Shown here one piece after another: positions 41,698-52,900 of a stretch of 64,000 bases of DNA (position 1 is the first letter of the stretch; each line of letters starts with the position of its first letter). The notes below the pieces were generated by a model. It searched no databases and was not told the DNA's origin. It was given only the letters and a program-made list of their open reading frames with translations. Source of the stretch: an uncultured bacterium (GTDB lineage: Bacteria; Fidelibacterota; Marinisomatia; Marinisomatales; UBA1611); contig CBFIBM010000007.1 in assembly GCA_965660855.1 (NCBI GenBank), forward strand, positions 28,569 through 92,568. Direction: 5' to 3'. The translations under genes and the position numbers were made by a program.

Positions 41698-42688
41698 GTG
41701 AATGAGTCCTTCTTTTTATTAATTCTACTGGCAAAAGAGTAGTTGTTGGGTTAACAGGTTTTTCATTTGAACTTTTTATTTTTTGGACAATAAAATCCAA
41801 AGTATTTATTGCTAATAAATCTAAATCGGTATCAATGGTTGATAATTTAGGGTAGAAAACTTTACTATAAGGCATATTATCATAACCAACTATTCCATAA
41901 TCACCTGGTATGTTTAATCCCTTTTCTGAAGATGCATGCAAGAAGCCTAGAGCCATTTGGTCATTTGAAGAGAAAATACCTAGATTTTTACTATGCTTTT
42001 TATGGAGATCTTTAAATGCTAATTCTCCAGATTTAAAGGAATAGTCGCCTTGAAATTCCCAATTAATTTTCAATTTATTCTTTCTTAGAAAATCTTGAAA
42101 TCCATTTCTTCTCAGGTTCGCTTCTAACTTCTCAGATGGACCAGTAATTATACCAAATTTTCTATACCCTGAATTAACCAAAAGCTCTGCTGCTAATCTA
42201 CCACCTTCATAAGAATCAAAAGTTATTGTTGGAACAATATTGCCTTCGACTGGAGCAATTGAAAGTAGCGGGAATGAATTAATTTTTTTAATGATACCTT
42301 CATATCCGGCTTTATCCAGTGTGGGTGCCATTAATATAATTCCATCATTATACTTTGATAAAAGCTGAACTTGCCCTTGTATACTTTTTGAGTATTTTGC
42401 GGAGTGTATGCTCATGTGGATATTTTTTTCAAACGATATCCGATCGAATGACTCATACAAACATGAATAAAATTCTTCGGCATCATGCTGTGTGATGAGA
42501 GCTATATCCAAAGGTAAGCTGAGGTTTTTATAGTTTATAGATGAGGTTTTAAAACCTAGATCTCTTGCGGTCATCAATATTTCTGTAACACTTTGGGAAC
42601 GTCCTTTTGCTTTCCCTGCTAAAACACGTGAAACAGTTGCAACGGAGTAACCTGATTTTTTTGCTATTTGTTCTAATTTGACTTTCAT
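41690..42688 (-). CDS. LacI-family transcriptional regulator
   Basis: IAKKSGYSVATVSRVL HTH; NDQMALG, IPGDYGIVGYD, P.LSTI, LIKRRT. Divergent from the SSS gene. Confidence 0.93.
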   Translation of the reverse strand: MKVKLEQIAKKSGYSVATVSRVLAGKAKGRSQSVTEILMTARDLGFKTSSINYKNLSLPLDIALITQHDAEEFYSCLYESFDRISFEKNIHMSIHSAKYSKSIQGQVQLLSKYNDGIILMAPTLDKAGYEGIIKKINSFPLLSIAPVEGNIVPTITFDSYEGGRLAAELLVNSGYRKFGIITGPSEKLEANLRRNGFQDFLRKNKLKINWEFQGDYSFKSGELAFKDLHKKHSKNLGIFSSNDQMALGFLHASSEKGLNIPGDYGIVGYDNMPYSKVFYPKLSTIDTDLDLLAINTLDFIVQKIKSSNEKPVNPTTTLLPVELIKRRTHSHD

Positions 42689-42826
42689 TTGCAAAAAAAT
42701 TTAAAGTTTATAAAAATAATTTGCATTACTTTATTTGATTAAGTTAGGTTCTAGCTTCTTAGATCAATTTAATTATTATTAATAATTGTTTATTTTAAAA
42801 GAATTTCTAAGAAAAAAAGGAGCAAA

Positions 42827-44470
42827 ATGACAAACGAATTTGTTGCACTTGATTTTTACATTGTTGGTCTTTATCTATTAGTAATCATTGGTATAGGGCT
42901 CTATGTTTCTCGCAGACGATCGAACACTTCAGAGTATTTCTTGGCAGATAGAAATGTAGGATGGTTCGTTATAGGTTCCGCATTGTTTGCTTCAAATATT
43001 GGTTCGGAGCATTTAGTTGGTTTAGCAGGAACTGGATTTGATAGCGGTATTGCTGTAGCTCAGTTTGAAATACTCGCATCTCTTATTTTATTATTACTAG
43101 GATGGTTTTTTGTTCCTTACTATTTAAAAAGTAAAGTTTCAACAACGCCTGAATTTTTAGAACGACGTTTTTCCTCCGCTGCAAGATGGTATCTATCTGT
43201 CATTTCTATATTTGCTTATGTAGTTACGAAGATCGCCGTTACTATTGCCGCAGGTGGAATTGTTTTTGAAGGTTTAATGGGGATTGATTTTTGGACTGGT
43301 GCATTTTTGATTGTTATTTTAACAGGTATATATACAGTTTTAGGTGGACTGAAAGCAGTTGTAATTACGGAAACTATTCAAGCAATAATATTACTTATAG
43401 GCGCATCAGCTACACTAATTTACGGTTTAAATGCAGTTGGTGGATGGAACCAAATGGTTGCAACTGCATCTCCTGGTTTTATGAACATATGGAAACCTTC
43501 TGATCATCCAGATTTTCCATGGACGGGTGTAATCTTCGGTGCACCAATTTTAGGTATATGGTATTGGTGTACGGACCAAAACATTGTACAAAGAGTTTTA
43601 TCTGCAAAAAATGTATCGGAGGCCAGGAAAGGAACTATATTTGCTGGGTTTTTAAAATTAACACCTTTATTTTTGTTTGTTATTCCTGGAGTAATTGCAT
43701 TTTGTCTAACCCAGCCTGGTGTTCCAGATCATATGAGACTTGACCTTACTTCTAAAGATAGCGCTCTTCCTGAATTAGTAAAAACTCTCTTGCCTTCAGG
43801 TTTAAAAGGAATGGTTGGTGCTGCACTTCTTGCTGCCTTAATGAGCTCTCTTGCTTCTGTATTTAATTCCGCTTCAACGCTTGTTACTCTTGATATATAC
43901 CAAAAACTTTATCCAAATTCTGAAGAAATACAACTTGTGAGGTTTGGTCAAATAACAACAGTTGTACTCGTTGCAATAGGGTTAGCATTTATTCCACTCA
44001 TCGATAATTTTGGTGATACACTTTTTGTTTCTCTTCAGGCGATTCAAGCTATGGTTGCTCCTCCAATTGCTGCTGTATTTCTTTTTGGGATATTTTTTAA
44101 AAGATTAAATAAGGAAGGTGCAATTGCATCTCTTGCGGCGGGGTTTATTTTTGGTATGGGAAGATTTATCTTAACTAATATTGGAATTGAAACAGTCCCA
44201 GGTTCATTTTTAGATTTATTCTTAAATGTGAATTTTTTACATTTTGCATTCTACCTATTTATTTTGTGTACTGTTGTATTATTTCTAGTCAGTTATAATA
44301 CACCAGAACCAGATTCAGTGAATACTGACGGTTTAACCTATGAAAGAACGGAAGAATCAACAGAGTTAACTTTTGAATCCGTTCAAAAAATGACTCAAGG
44401 ACTAGAGGACCGTTTTTATTCTGTCCTTTTAGTGGTGGCTGTAGTAGCAGTTTGGATTATATTTGCTTAA
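42827..44470 (+). CDS. Sodium:solute symporter (SGLT-like sugar transporter)
   Basis: EYFLA.R, ASNIGSEH..GLAG, PEFLERRF, GGLKAV..T, WYWCTDQ.IVQR.L, AALMSS; AAGGAG RBS. Confidence 0.95.
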   Translation: MTNEFVALDFYIVGLYLLVIIGIGLYVSRRRSNTSEYFLADRNVGWFVIGSALFASNIGSEHLVGLAGTGFDSGIAVAQFEILASLILLLLGWFFVPYYLKSKVSTTPEFLERRFSSAARWYLSVISIFAYVVTKIAVTIAAGGIVFEGLMGIDFWTGAFLIVILTGIYTVLGGLKAVVITETIQAIILLIGASATLIYGLNAVGGWNQMVATASPGFMNIWKPSDHPDFPWTGVIFGAPILGIWYWCTDQNIVQRVLSAKNVSEARKGTIFAGFLKLTPLFLFVIPGVIAFCLTQPGVPDHMRLDLTSKDSALPELVKTLLPSGLKGMVGAALLAALMSSLASVFNSASTLVTLDIYQKLYPNSEEIQLVRFGQITTVVLVAIGLAFIPLIDNFGDTLFVSLQAIQAMVAPPIAAVFLFGIFFKRLNKEGAIASLAAGFIFGMGRFILTNIGIETVPGSFLDLFLNVNFLHFAFYLFILCTVVLFLVSYNTPEPDSVNTDGLTYERTEESTELTFESVQKMTQGLEDRFYSVLLVVAVVAVWIIFA

Positions 44471-44548
44471 TTAGTAGGCATAATTAACAATGGTTAAGAA
44501 AAAAAATTTTTAAATTTGAAAAATAAAAAAGAAGAATAAGGAGTACTT

Positions 44549-47089
44549 ATGGTTGATTGGATAAAAAGGTATTTAATTACTTTATCTCTAATGATTTTTG
44601 CATCTGTTTTTAGTCAAACAGACCCATATGTGATAAATAATTTTGATACTATTGAGGATGCCTCGGATGAAGGTGAGGGTGCGTTTTGGTCAGAATATGA
44701 CGAAACAGAAGAAGTGATGAACTTTTCTACATTGTCTCAAATCGAAACAAGCCAAGTCCCTGATGGAGACAGTCCTGTAATGGATTATAGCTATGGTATT
44801 GTGGGAACTCTTGGTTGGGGTGGATATACTGGAGAGCTTAATTTTTTTGATCAAGCAGTTGATCTGTCTGCGTATAATTATCTTTCTTTTAAGATTTATA
44901 ATATTACACAACCTCAAATATCTGGCGTTACAGCTAGAGTGATTCTTTTTGATGTAAGCGATGCTACTTCTTGGTCTTCAAGAGATGACCTCGAAGTTTG
45001 GTATTCTTTTTTCGAGAATGATGAATCTTTCCTTTATAATACATCAGAAGAAGGTTGGGTTGAATATAGAATTCCTCTTCAAGAATCAGGTTCTACTGGT
45101 GGTGGAACATCTTATACCCTTGGTTTTACAAAAACTGGATGGGTAGGTATTAGTGGTAATGATACTTTTGATGTTAATAGCATAGGTGGCATATCTATTG
45201 AAATTGTTAGTACTGTAAGCGGTGAAACCGTTAGTGGAGAATTTTTAATTGAAGATATCCAGGCGATAGCTGCAACAGATATATATGGTTGTACAGATGT
45301 AAACGCTTGTAATTACAATCCAGAAGCAACAGTTGATGATGGAAGTTGCTATGAGTGTTCAGATATTACTTTTAGAGTGGATATGGCTTTAATAGATGCT
45401 GATCCTGACCAAGAGATTCACCCTGAAGGTGTTTATCTCGCAGGAGGTGACTTTGGGCAAGAGGGCTATTTGATGGATGATGCTGATGGTGACAATATTT
45501 GGGAATATACTTTACCTTTGAAAGTTGGTGATACATTTATGTATAAATTTCGTAATACACCTTCTTACGGAACATGGGACGGGTTTGAGCCTGATGCAGG
45601 CTTAGCTTCAGGTGGTTGTGGAATGGGAACTTATAATGATAGGTTCGTAGTAGTTCCGGATACCGACACAGTATTAGATGCAGTTTGTTACGGATCTTGT
45701 GTTAGTTGCGAGCAAGCAAGCTTTGTAAATGTCACTTTCTCTGTGAATATGCAAGAGGAAGATACCAGTCCTGAAGGTGTCTGGTTAGCTGGTGGTAATT
45801 ATGGAGGCAATCCAGGTTTTTTAATGAATGATTCCGATGGTGATGACATATGGACTCTTACAAGACCAGTAACACCAGAGAGCAATATTACGTACAAATT
45901 TGTAAATGGACCGATTGATGCAAATTGGGGCGGTGCTTGGGAAGAAGTCCCTTTAGATTGTGCGGTTGGTGATTTTGACGATAGAGAATTCAACGTTGGT
46001 TCTGTAGATGTTGAAGTGCCTTTAGTTTGCTTTGGTAGCTGTATGGATTGCCTTGGTGAATATACAGTTGACATCACATTTAATGTTGATATGAATGATG
46101 TGGCTGGTTTTGACGGTTCAGAACAACCTTACATTTTTGGTTCATTTAATAATTGGGATAATTTTTCAACTCAAACAATGTTATCTGACAATGACGGTGA
46201 TAATATTTATACGGGTACTATTTTAGATTTCATTTCAACAGACTCTGTTACTGTTCTATTTGGTTTTGGTCAGACAGTAGAATCTGTTCCATCTGAATGT
46301 GGAATTCTAGACTCTGATCTAGGTATGAACGTAAGAGAATTACCCATTATGGATTCAGAAGGAGATTCTGTTTTAGTTCTTGATCCTGTTTCTTTTGGAA
46401 ATTGTCCTTTAGATAATTCTCCAAGAGTCTTTTTTCAAGTAGACGTATCTAGTGTAATTGATCAATGGCCAGCAGATTTCAGTTTATGCGCTGTGGGTAG
46501 TTTTGCTGGATGGAATGCATGTGGACTTCAATTGACTGACGAAGATGGTGATAATATTTATACTGGACTACTTACAGATTTAGAAGATGGTGTCTCTTAT
46601 GAATATAAATTTCTAGTAAATGAAGGTTGGGGTGATCCAAATACTGAATCAGGTGCTCCTCTTGCATCAGATTGTGATTTTGATCCTAGTGATGAATTTA
46701 ATAATTATGGTTTTGTTGCAAGTGAAGGTTTAGCACCTCTAGACTTAGGTGTTCACCCATGGAATGAATGCCCTCAATTATTGAGTACTGATGATTCTGG
46801 ATATTTAGTTCCAAATAACTTCACTTATATGGCATATCCAAATCCATTCAACCCAACAATCAATATTGATTATGCATTACCAAATCAAGAATTGGTAAAC
46901 TTAAGCATAATCAACTTACTAGGGCAGAAGGTAAAAACCTTGGTTAACGATATTCAAGAGCCAGGTAATTACTCTTTTAAATGGGATGGTAAAGACCTTA
47001 ACGGTGTAAATCTTCAGTCTGGAATTTACTTTGCTGTTATAAGTCGCAATTCAGGACAAAACATTGTTAAGATTACATATCTAAAATAA
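44549..47089 (+). CDS. Secreted acidic multi-module protein, putative non-catalytic glycan-binding protein with C-terminal sorting domain
   Basis: Signal peptide, beta-sandwich-like N-domain (DLSAY..LSF...W.EYRIPL), GCTD linker, four (I/V)xFxV(D/N)(M/V)...D.DGD.I(W/Y) repeats, YPNPFNP...WDG...SGIYF...KITYLK. Confidence 0.7.
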   Translation: MVDWIKRYLITLSLMIFASVFSQTDPYVINNFDTIEDASDEGEGAFWSEYDETEEVMNFSTLSQIETSQVPDGDSPVMDYSYGIVGTLGWGGYTGELNFFDQAVDLSAYNYLSFKIYNITQPQISGVTARVILFDVSDATSWSSRDDLEVWYSFFENDESFLYNTSEEGWVEYRIPLQESGSTGGGTSYTLGFTKTGWVGISGNDTFDVNSIGGISIEIVSTVSGETVSGEFLIEDIQAIAATDIYGCTDVNACNYNPEATVDDGSCYECSDITFRVDMALIDADPDQEIHPEGVYLAGGDFGQEGYLMDDADGDNIWEYTLPLKVGDTFMYKFRNTPSYGTWDGFEPDAGLASGGCGMGTYNDRFVVVPDTDTVLDAVCYGSCVSCEQASFVNVTFSVNMQEEDTSPEGVWLAGGNYGGNPGFLMNDSDGDDIWTLTRPVTPESNITYKFVNGPIDANWGGAWEEVPLDCAVGDFDDREFNVGSVDVEVPLVCFGSCMDCLGEYTVDITFNVDMNDVAGFDGSEQPYIFGSFNNWDNFSTQTMLSDNDGDNIYTGTILDFISTDSVTVLFGFGQTVESVPSECGILDSDLGMNVRELPIMDSEGDSVLVLDPVSFGNCPLDNSPRVFFQVDVSSVIDQWPADFSLCAVGSFAGWNACGLQLTDEDGDNIYTGLLTDLEDGVSYEYKFLVNEGWGDPNTESGAPLASDCDFDPSDEFNNYGFVASEGLAPLDLGVHPWNECPQLLSTDDSGYLVPNNFTYMAYPNPFNPTINIDYALPNQELVNLSIINLLGQKVKTLVNDIQEPGNYSFKWDGKDLNGVNLQSGIYFAVISRNSGQNIVKITYLK

Positions 47090-47098
47090 GCGTAATTT

Positions 47099-47131
47099 GC
47101 AAAGGTAGAGGTTGTAAACCTCTACCTTTGC
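47099..47131. terminator. Perfect 15-bp hairpin between the binding-protein and TonB-receptor genes (terminator or RNA-stability element)
   Basis: GCAAAGGTAGAGGTT-GTA-AACCTCTACCTTTGC; no clear U-tract on either strand. Confidence 0.55.
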
Positions 47132-47159
47132 TACTATAAGATTTTATATAAAATAATAA

Positions 47160-49982
47160 ATGATAATTAAATTAGTTAAAGCTTTTGCTATAATCCTTTT
47201 TTCATTGAGTCTCCATGGGCAAACCTCTGGAAAGATATCAGGAAGAATAATTGAAAAAGAAACTGGTGAGCCCTTGGTTGGCGCTAATGTTATTATTACT
47301 CAAACACAGGCTGGAACTAGCGCAGATGAAGAAGGTTATTTTAATTTAATTAATGTAAGTCCTGGAAAATACTCCGTACGAGTAATGATGATTGGGTATG
47401 AGTCTATTACGATTGAAAATGTAGTGGTCTCTGTTAACAGAACGACTTCATTAGATGTAGAAATGAAGATGGGTGTAATAGAGAGTAAAGAGGTTATTAT
47501 TTATGCAAGTAAATTGAGTAGGAAAAAAGATCAAACCAGTACAGTTAAAAACATTTCTTCCGAAGAAATAGATATATTACCGGTCGAAGATATCGGGGCG
47601 GTTGTCAATATGCAAGCAGGCGTGGTTGCAGGAAGCTTTAGAGGCGGAAGAAATAACGAAGTGAGTTATATGATAGATGGTGTACCTGTAAATGATGCTT
47701 TTGGCGGAGTATCCGCAGTATCAACCTTGGAAGTTGAAGCAGTAAAAGATCTAGAGGTAATAACCGGTACATTTAATGCTGAATACGGGAATGCAATGAG
47801 TGGTGTGGTTAATGCAGTTACCAAAGATGGGAATAATAATTTTGAAGGTAGTCTTAATACAAATTACTCTACCTACATAACAAATAATAAAAGAAATGGT
47901 GAAGAGCTTTTTATAGGATTAGACCCATTTGGTATTAACTCAAATATTGATAATCGTTTTAATATAAGTGGTCCAGTTATCAAGGATAAAGTTTATTTCT
48001 TTTCAAATTTTAGAATCCAAGATGTCAATGGACATTTAAATGGTATTCAGAGATTTCAAGTATGGAATTTGAGTGATTTTTACGATCAAGATACCTCTAA
48101 TTGGACAAGTGAGAATACTGGAGATGGTTCATTTGTTCCAATGGGAACAGGTGATTACAGAACTTATATGGGGAAGCTCTCCTTTAATTTAGGAAATATA
48201 AAGTTTTCACTAATGAGGAATGTTAACAGTGGTCAGTCTCAAGGTTACAGTCATATTTATAAATATAACCCAGATGGTAGATCTTACCAAGATACTAAAA
48301 CAACACTAGATATGTTGCAATTGAATCATTTTCTAAATGAAAAAATGTTTTATGATATTAGAATATCAAGAACAAACAATTACTATGGCTCTTATGTTTT
48401 TAAAGATTTTGACTCCTATAAAATCATTGATGAGGATGGTATTTATCAAGGTGCTTATCATTTTGTAGGTGATACAGTATATAATTATGTACATGATAAA
48501 TACATGACAGCCTATGGGGTTGGTTTTTTTACGGGAGGGCAAGAAAAAGGGCATACTCAAAGAACAACTATTACTACGAATTTAAAATTTGATTTTACAT
48601 GGCAAATTAATAATGCACACAGTTTAAAAACCGGATTTTCAAGTACTTTCTATAATCTTGATAATAAATATCAGAGCATAAGAAATAAATATGCGGGAAC
48701 AGCATTGGATTCAGAGGCCTATGAACCAGTTGTTTATGATGATAGTACGGTCTATTCTGATGTTTATGAAGTAAAGCCAAAAGAAACATCTATTTATATA
48801 CAGGATAAGTTTGAAAGAGATGAAATAGTTATCAATTTTGGTCTGCGATATGACCAGTTTGATGCAAATACAACATATCCCAGTCAAAGAAGAAATCCAA
48901 CTAATTCTTCAACTTACTATCTTCAAAAAAGTGATGGAACAGATTCTTTGGATGCAAATGGTAATCTAATTATCAATGAGGAAAGAATGTCAAGATCACT
49001 AAAAACTAATATTGCAGAGCAACTTAGCCCGCGATTAGGTTTTGCATATCAACTTGGAAGAGTTGCTGTTCTACATTTTAGCTATGGACATTTTTTACAA
49101 ATGCCTCCGATGTACTCTATTTTTGAAAATAAATCATCAATTATTGGACCTTCAGACTATTCCTCTGTTGTTGGGAATGCAAATCTTGCCTCAGATAGTC
49201 TAGGTTTAAATGCTCAAAAAACAGTTAGTTATGAAGTTGGTTTATGGCAAGAAATTAATCCGAATACAAGTTTTGAAGTGAATTTATATTATCGCGATAT
49301 ATATGATTTATTGAGCTTAGCTGTAGTTAGTACATATAATCAGATTGAGTATGGTATCTATACAAATAAGGATTATGGAAATGTCAGAGGGTTAGAACTA
49401 AAGTTGGACTACAGCTTGAATAATATATTTATTCAAACAAATTATACTTATCAATTTACAAGAGGGAATGCAGACAACGCAGCGCAGACGTATAGTAGAC
49501 AAGGTGCTAGTATTGATAAAGTAATTCGGTTTATACCAATGAGTTGGGATCAAAGACATACTTTTAATGTTTCCTTAGGTTATAATACTTCAAAATTTGG
49601 TATTACGGGAACAGGCTATTACAATTCTGGTACTCCTTATACTTTTAGTCCTCAAGGTGAGAGTAATTTGGCGCTATTAAATTTATATCCAAACAATGAC
49701 TATAAGCCTTCAAACTACACTCTGGATTTAACAGGTTATATAAATCTTCCAAAATTTTTTGGATATCAACCAAATTTTAATTTATTGATAAGAAATGTAA
49801 CGGATAGGCAAAATGAATACGGAGTAAGTTCAGAAACAGGACGATCGTACACTGCTGTTGTAAATGAAACAGAACTCCTAAGTCATAGAAGTAATTTTAA
49901 CACTTATGAAGATCGCTACAAAGATCCATCTATGTTCTCTGGACCTAGAGAGATTAAGGTTGGATTAACAGTTAAATTTTAA
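47160..49982 (+). CDS. TonB-dependent receptor with N-terminal carboxypeptidase-regulatory-like domain
   Basis: GKISG...ETGEPLVGANV, plug RGGR..EV.YMIDG.PV...EVITGTFNAEYGNAMSGVVN..TK, GLRYD, SPRLG, terminal aromatic residue (GLTVKF). Confidence 0.93.
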   Translation: MIIKLVKAFAIILFSLSLHGQTSGKISGRIIEKETGEPLVGANVIITQTQAGTSADEEGYFNLINVSPGKYSVRVMMIGYESITIENVVVSVNRTTSLDVEMKMGVIESKEVIIYASKLSRKKDQTSTVKNISSEEIDILPVEDIGAVVNMQAGVVAGSFRGGRNNEVSYMIDGVPVNDAFGGVSAVSTLEVEAVKDLEVITGTFNAEYGNAMSGVVNAVTKDGNNNFEGSLNTNYSTYITNNKRNGEELFIGLDPFGINSNIDNRFNISGPVIKDKVYFFSNFRIQDVNGHLNGIQRFQVWNLSDFYDQDTSNWTSENTGDGSFVPMGTGDYRTYMGKLSFNLGNIKFSLMRNVNSGQSQGYSHIYKYNPDGRSYQDTKTTLDMLQLNHFLNEKMFYDIRISRTNNYYGSYVFKDFDSYKIIDEDGIYQGAYHFVGDTVYNYVHDKYMTAYGVGFFTGGQEKGHTQRTTITTNLKFDFTWQINNAHSLKTGFSSTFYNLDNKYQSIRNKYAGTALDSEAYEPVVYDDSTVYSDVYEVKPKETSIYIQDKFERDEIVINFGLRYDQFDANTTYPSQRRNPTNSSTYYLQKSDGTDSLDANGNLIINEERMSRSLKTNIAEQLSPRLGFAYQLGRVAVLHFSYGHFLQMPPMYSIFENKSSIIGPSDYSSVVGNANLASDSLGLNAQKTVSYEVGLWQEINPNTSFEVNLYYRDIYDLLSLAVVSTYNQIEYGIYTNKDYGNVRGLELKLDYSLNNIFIQTNYTYQFTRGNADNAAQTYSRQGASIDKVIRFIPMSWDQRHTFNVSLGYNTSKFGITGTGYYNSGTPYTFSPQGESNLALLNLYPNNDYKPSNYTLDLTGYINLPKFFGYQPNFNLLIRNVTDRQNEYGVSSETGRSYTAVVNETELLSHRSNFNTYEDRYKDPSMFSGPREIKVGLTVKF

Positions 49983-49987
49983 AAAAT

Positions 49988-52900
49988 ATGAAAATATTAT
50001 ACTTAATTATTTTTAGTTTTCTTTCTTTGTTATATTCTCAAGGTGTTGACTATGCTGGCCCTGATGACCCTGCTGGAGATATTGAAGCAGAAAGAGAAGG
50101 ATATATGAATGGTAATAGAGTGTACCTCTACTATAAAAATACCACTCAACTATCTGATTGGCCGAAATCAAACGTTTCAAAGTGGCCAAATAATCCGGAT
50201 GGTACTAAAATGCTTGATGGTATTGGATTATTAGTTGGTGCTAGAGTATATATACAAGATGACCTAGATAATAGTACTGTAGATACAATTCCAATAACAA
50301 ATTTATCATTACTACCAAACTATGATCATCACATTCTTCATTATTTGCAAACAAGTTACAGAGAAGAGATGGATGTTGATCCTACGGGGACTATAAACTG
50401 GGGTTTTTATCCTATTTTTGGATACTTTAATGAAAATGGAGAATATCCAGCAATAAGTAGACTCCCCGATTCTTGGCCTTCTGCAGGGTGGCCATCGTCT
50501 AATGGAAATATATGGGCAGGTGAATGGAATGGTCGTTTTGGCCGAGGCGTTACATATGCAGACTTGGAAACTTATTTTGTTGTAAATGATGCACACGATT
50601 TAGAATATTTAGGTGAGGATGACCTTGTTAAATATTATCCAAGGTATAGTACTAAAAAAATTGGTGAAGATATTTCTATCCAAAGTGGGCAGCCATGGGG
50701 TGGATTAGGAATACGAGTTGAGACAAGAGGATTCCAATGGAATAATCCGCAAGCAAGAGACGCAATATTTTGGGAGTATAATATATCCAATACTTCAGAA
50801 TATGATCTTCCAGAAGTTTGTTTTGGTTATTGGGTGGATAATGCAATTGGTGGAGATGGTGCGGACGATGAGGTAGGATTTTTTAATGATTTACTAGATA
50901 TGTCCTATTCTTGGGATGAAAATGGTATTGGCATATCTGGTCTCTTACCTGGAATAATGGGATTTGCATATTTAGAGAGTCCCGGTCTCGCATATGATGG
51001 TATTGACAATGATGATGATGGTATTATTGATGAAAAAAGGGATAATCAAGCTGTAAATTTTGTAGGACCAACAGATGGAATTGATGATTTAGAAAAGTTT
51101 TTAAACTTTTATAAAATTACAGAATCTGAATTAAAGCCACACTGGGATGCAGATGAAGACCAGGACTGGGAAGATGGAGATGATGAAGATGGAGATGGTG
51201 TTTATTCAACTTTTGAAAATCCAGGAAATGATGTAGGGCTTGATGGCGTAGGACCTTTAGAAATTAATTATACAGGCCCTGATGAAGGTGAAGGTAACCA
51301 CAGACCTGATTATGTTGAATCAGTAGGTTGCGAACCTAATTTTGCAGTAACGGATGTCACTGAATCTGATATGATAGGCTTGACCTCATTTCAATTGTTC
51401 CCAATTTTTGATCAACATCCTGCACCACCTGGGAGTCCTTGGTTCAGGAATGATGATGTTATGTGGGATCTAGTATCAATGGATTCATTAACTGAATACT
51501 ATGGAACAGTTGCGAATCTAGTAGAATTATTTGCTTCAGGTCCATTTCCTCTCTATCAAGGAAAAACAGAGAGAATATCAATGGCAGAAATCCATTCATA
51601 TGATCCATTGGAAGGATTGAATTCAACAGAGCATCTTGCTCCCGCACTATTTCAATTAAAGTCAATTGTTCAAATAATTTATGAAAAAGACTATCGTTTT
51701 GCCCAACCTCCCAAAACCCCAACATTAACAGCTTCTCCAGGAGATGGATATGTTATGTTAACGTGGGACGACGATGCTGATAAATTGACAAGAGATCCAT
51801 TTCTTGGAAATGTAAATGATTTTGAAGGTTACAAGCTTTTTAGATCTACAGATAAATATTTTTCTGATGCTGAGGTTATCACAGATGGATATGGGACTCC
51901 CATGTTTTTGAAGCCCATTTATCAATGTGATTTAGTTGATGATTATAGTGGTTTTACAGATTATGGACTTGTTAATGGTGCTGCTTATAATTTGGGTGAT
52001 AATACTGGGATTAAGCATTATTTTAAAGACGAAAATGTTGATAATGGGAGGACTTATTATTATGCTATTGTTGCATATGATTATGGAGCGCCAGATATTG
52101 GTCCAGGTATTTCACCATCGGAAAATACAACAGTAATCGATATTGACGAATATGACAATATTAGAGGAATTGGGAAAAATATTGCAATTGTAACTCCACG
52201 GGTTAATGCAGCAGGTTACGAAGAGCCAGATATATTATTGGATTCTTTAAATAATCATATTATTGGAACTGGTGAAATTGATTTAGATATAGTCTCAAGA
52301 GAACAATTAGCACCAGGTAGTGAATATTTAGTGACCTTTAATTTTGATACAGTTAAAAATGAATTAGAAAGACCAAAGTTTTATTCCAATTCAGGTTTTA
52401 ATGTATACAATAAAACAGAAGATAAAAATATTTACGAAGAAAGTCCACTATATGATGTCACCGGTCAACCAAATTTCAGTGGTAGTAATCTAATCTACGA
52501 CGAGGATGATAATTCATGGAGTATGAATACAACAGTTAAATCAGATGTTTTTGAAGGACTGCAGCTAACTATAAATCAAACGAATGTAATACCAACTTTA
52601 GATTCATCAAGTACTGGATGGATAAGTGATGAAACTGGAGATATGAATGTAACTATGACAACAAGAGAATCAAAATTAATCCCTTGGGATTGTGAGATTG
52701 TCTTTACAAATGAGATAAGTTATACTTCACAAGCAGTAAGCCCATTTGGGGTTTATGATGAATTTGATACTCGATTATGGTTTCCCAACCGGATCATTTT
52801 AGGTTCTTCTTTTAATTTTTATGTCGTAAATAAAACTATTTTAGATGAAGAAGGAAATTATACTCTAATGGATATGGTTGTTCAAGATTATTCAGGTCCA

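Noticed and set aside
42689..42826. LacI operator in the divergent promoter region
   Set aside because: No convincing palindrome with a central CG. TAATTTGCA recurs near 42717 and 47093 but also inside a coding region (about 60290) and is plausible by chance.
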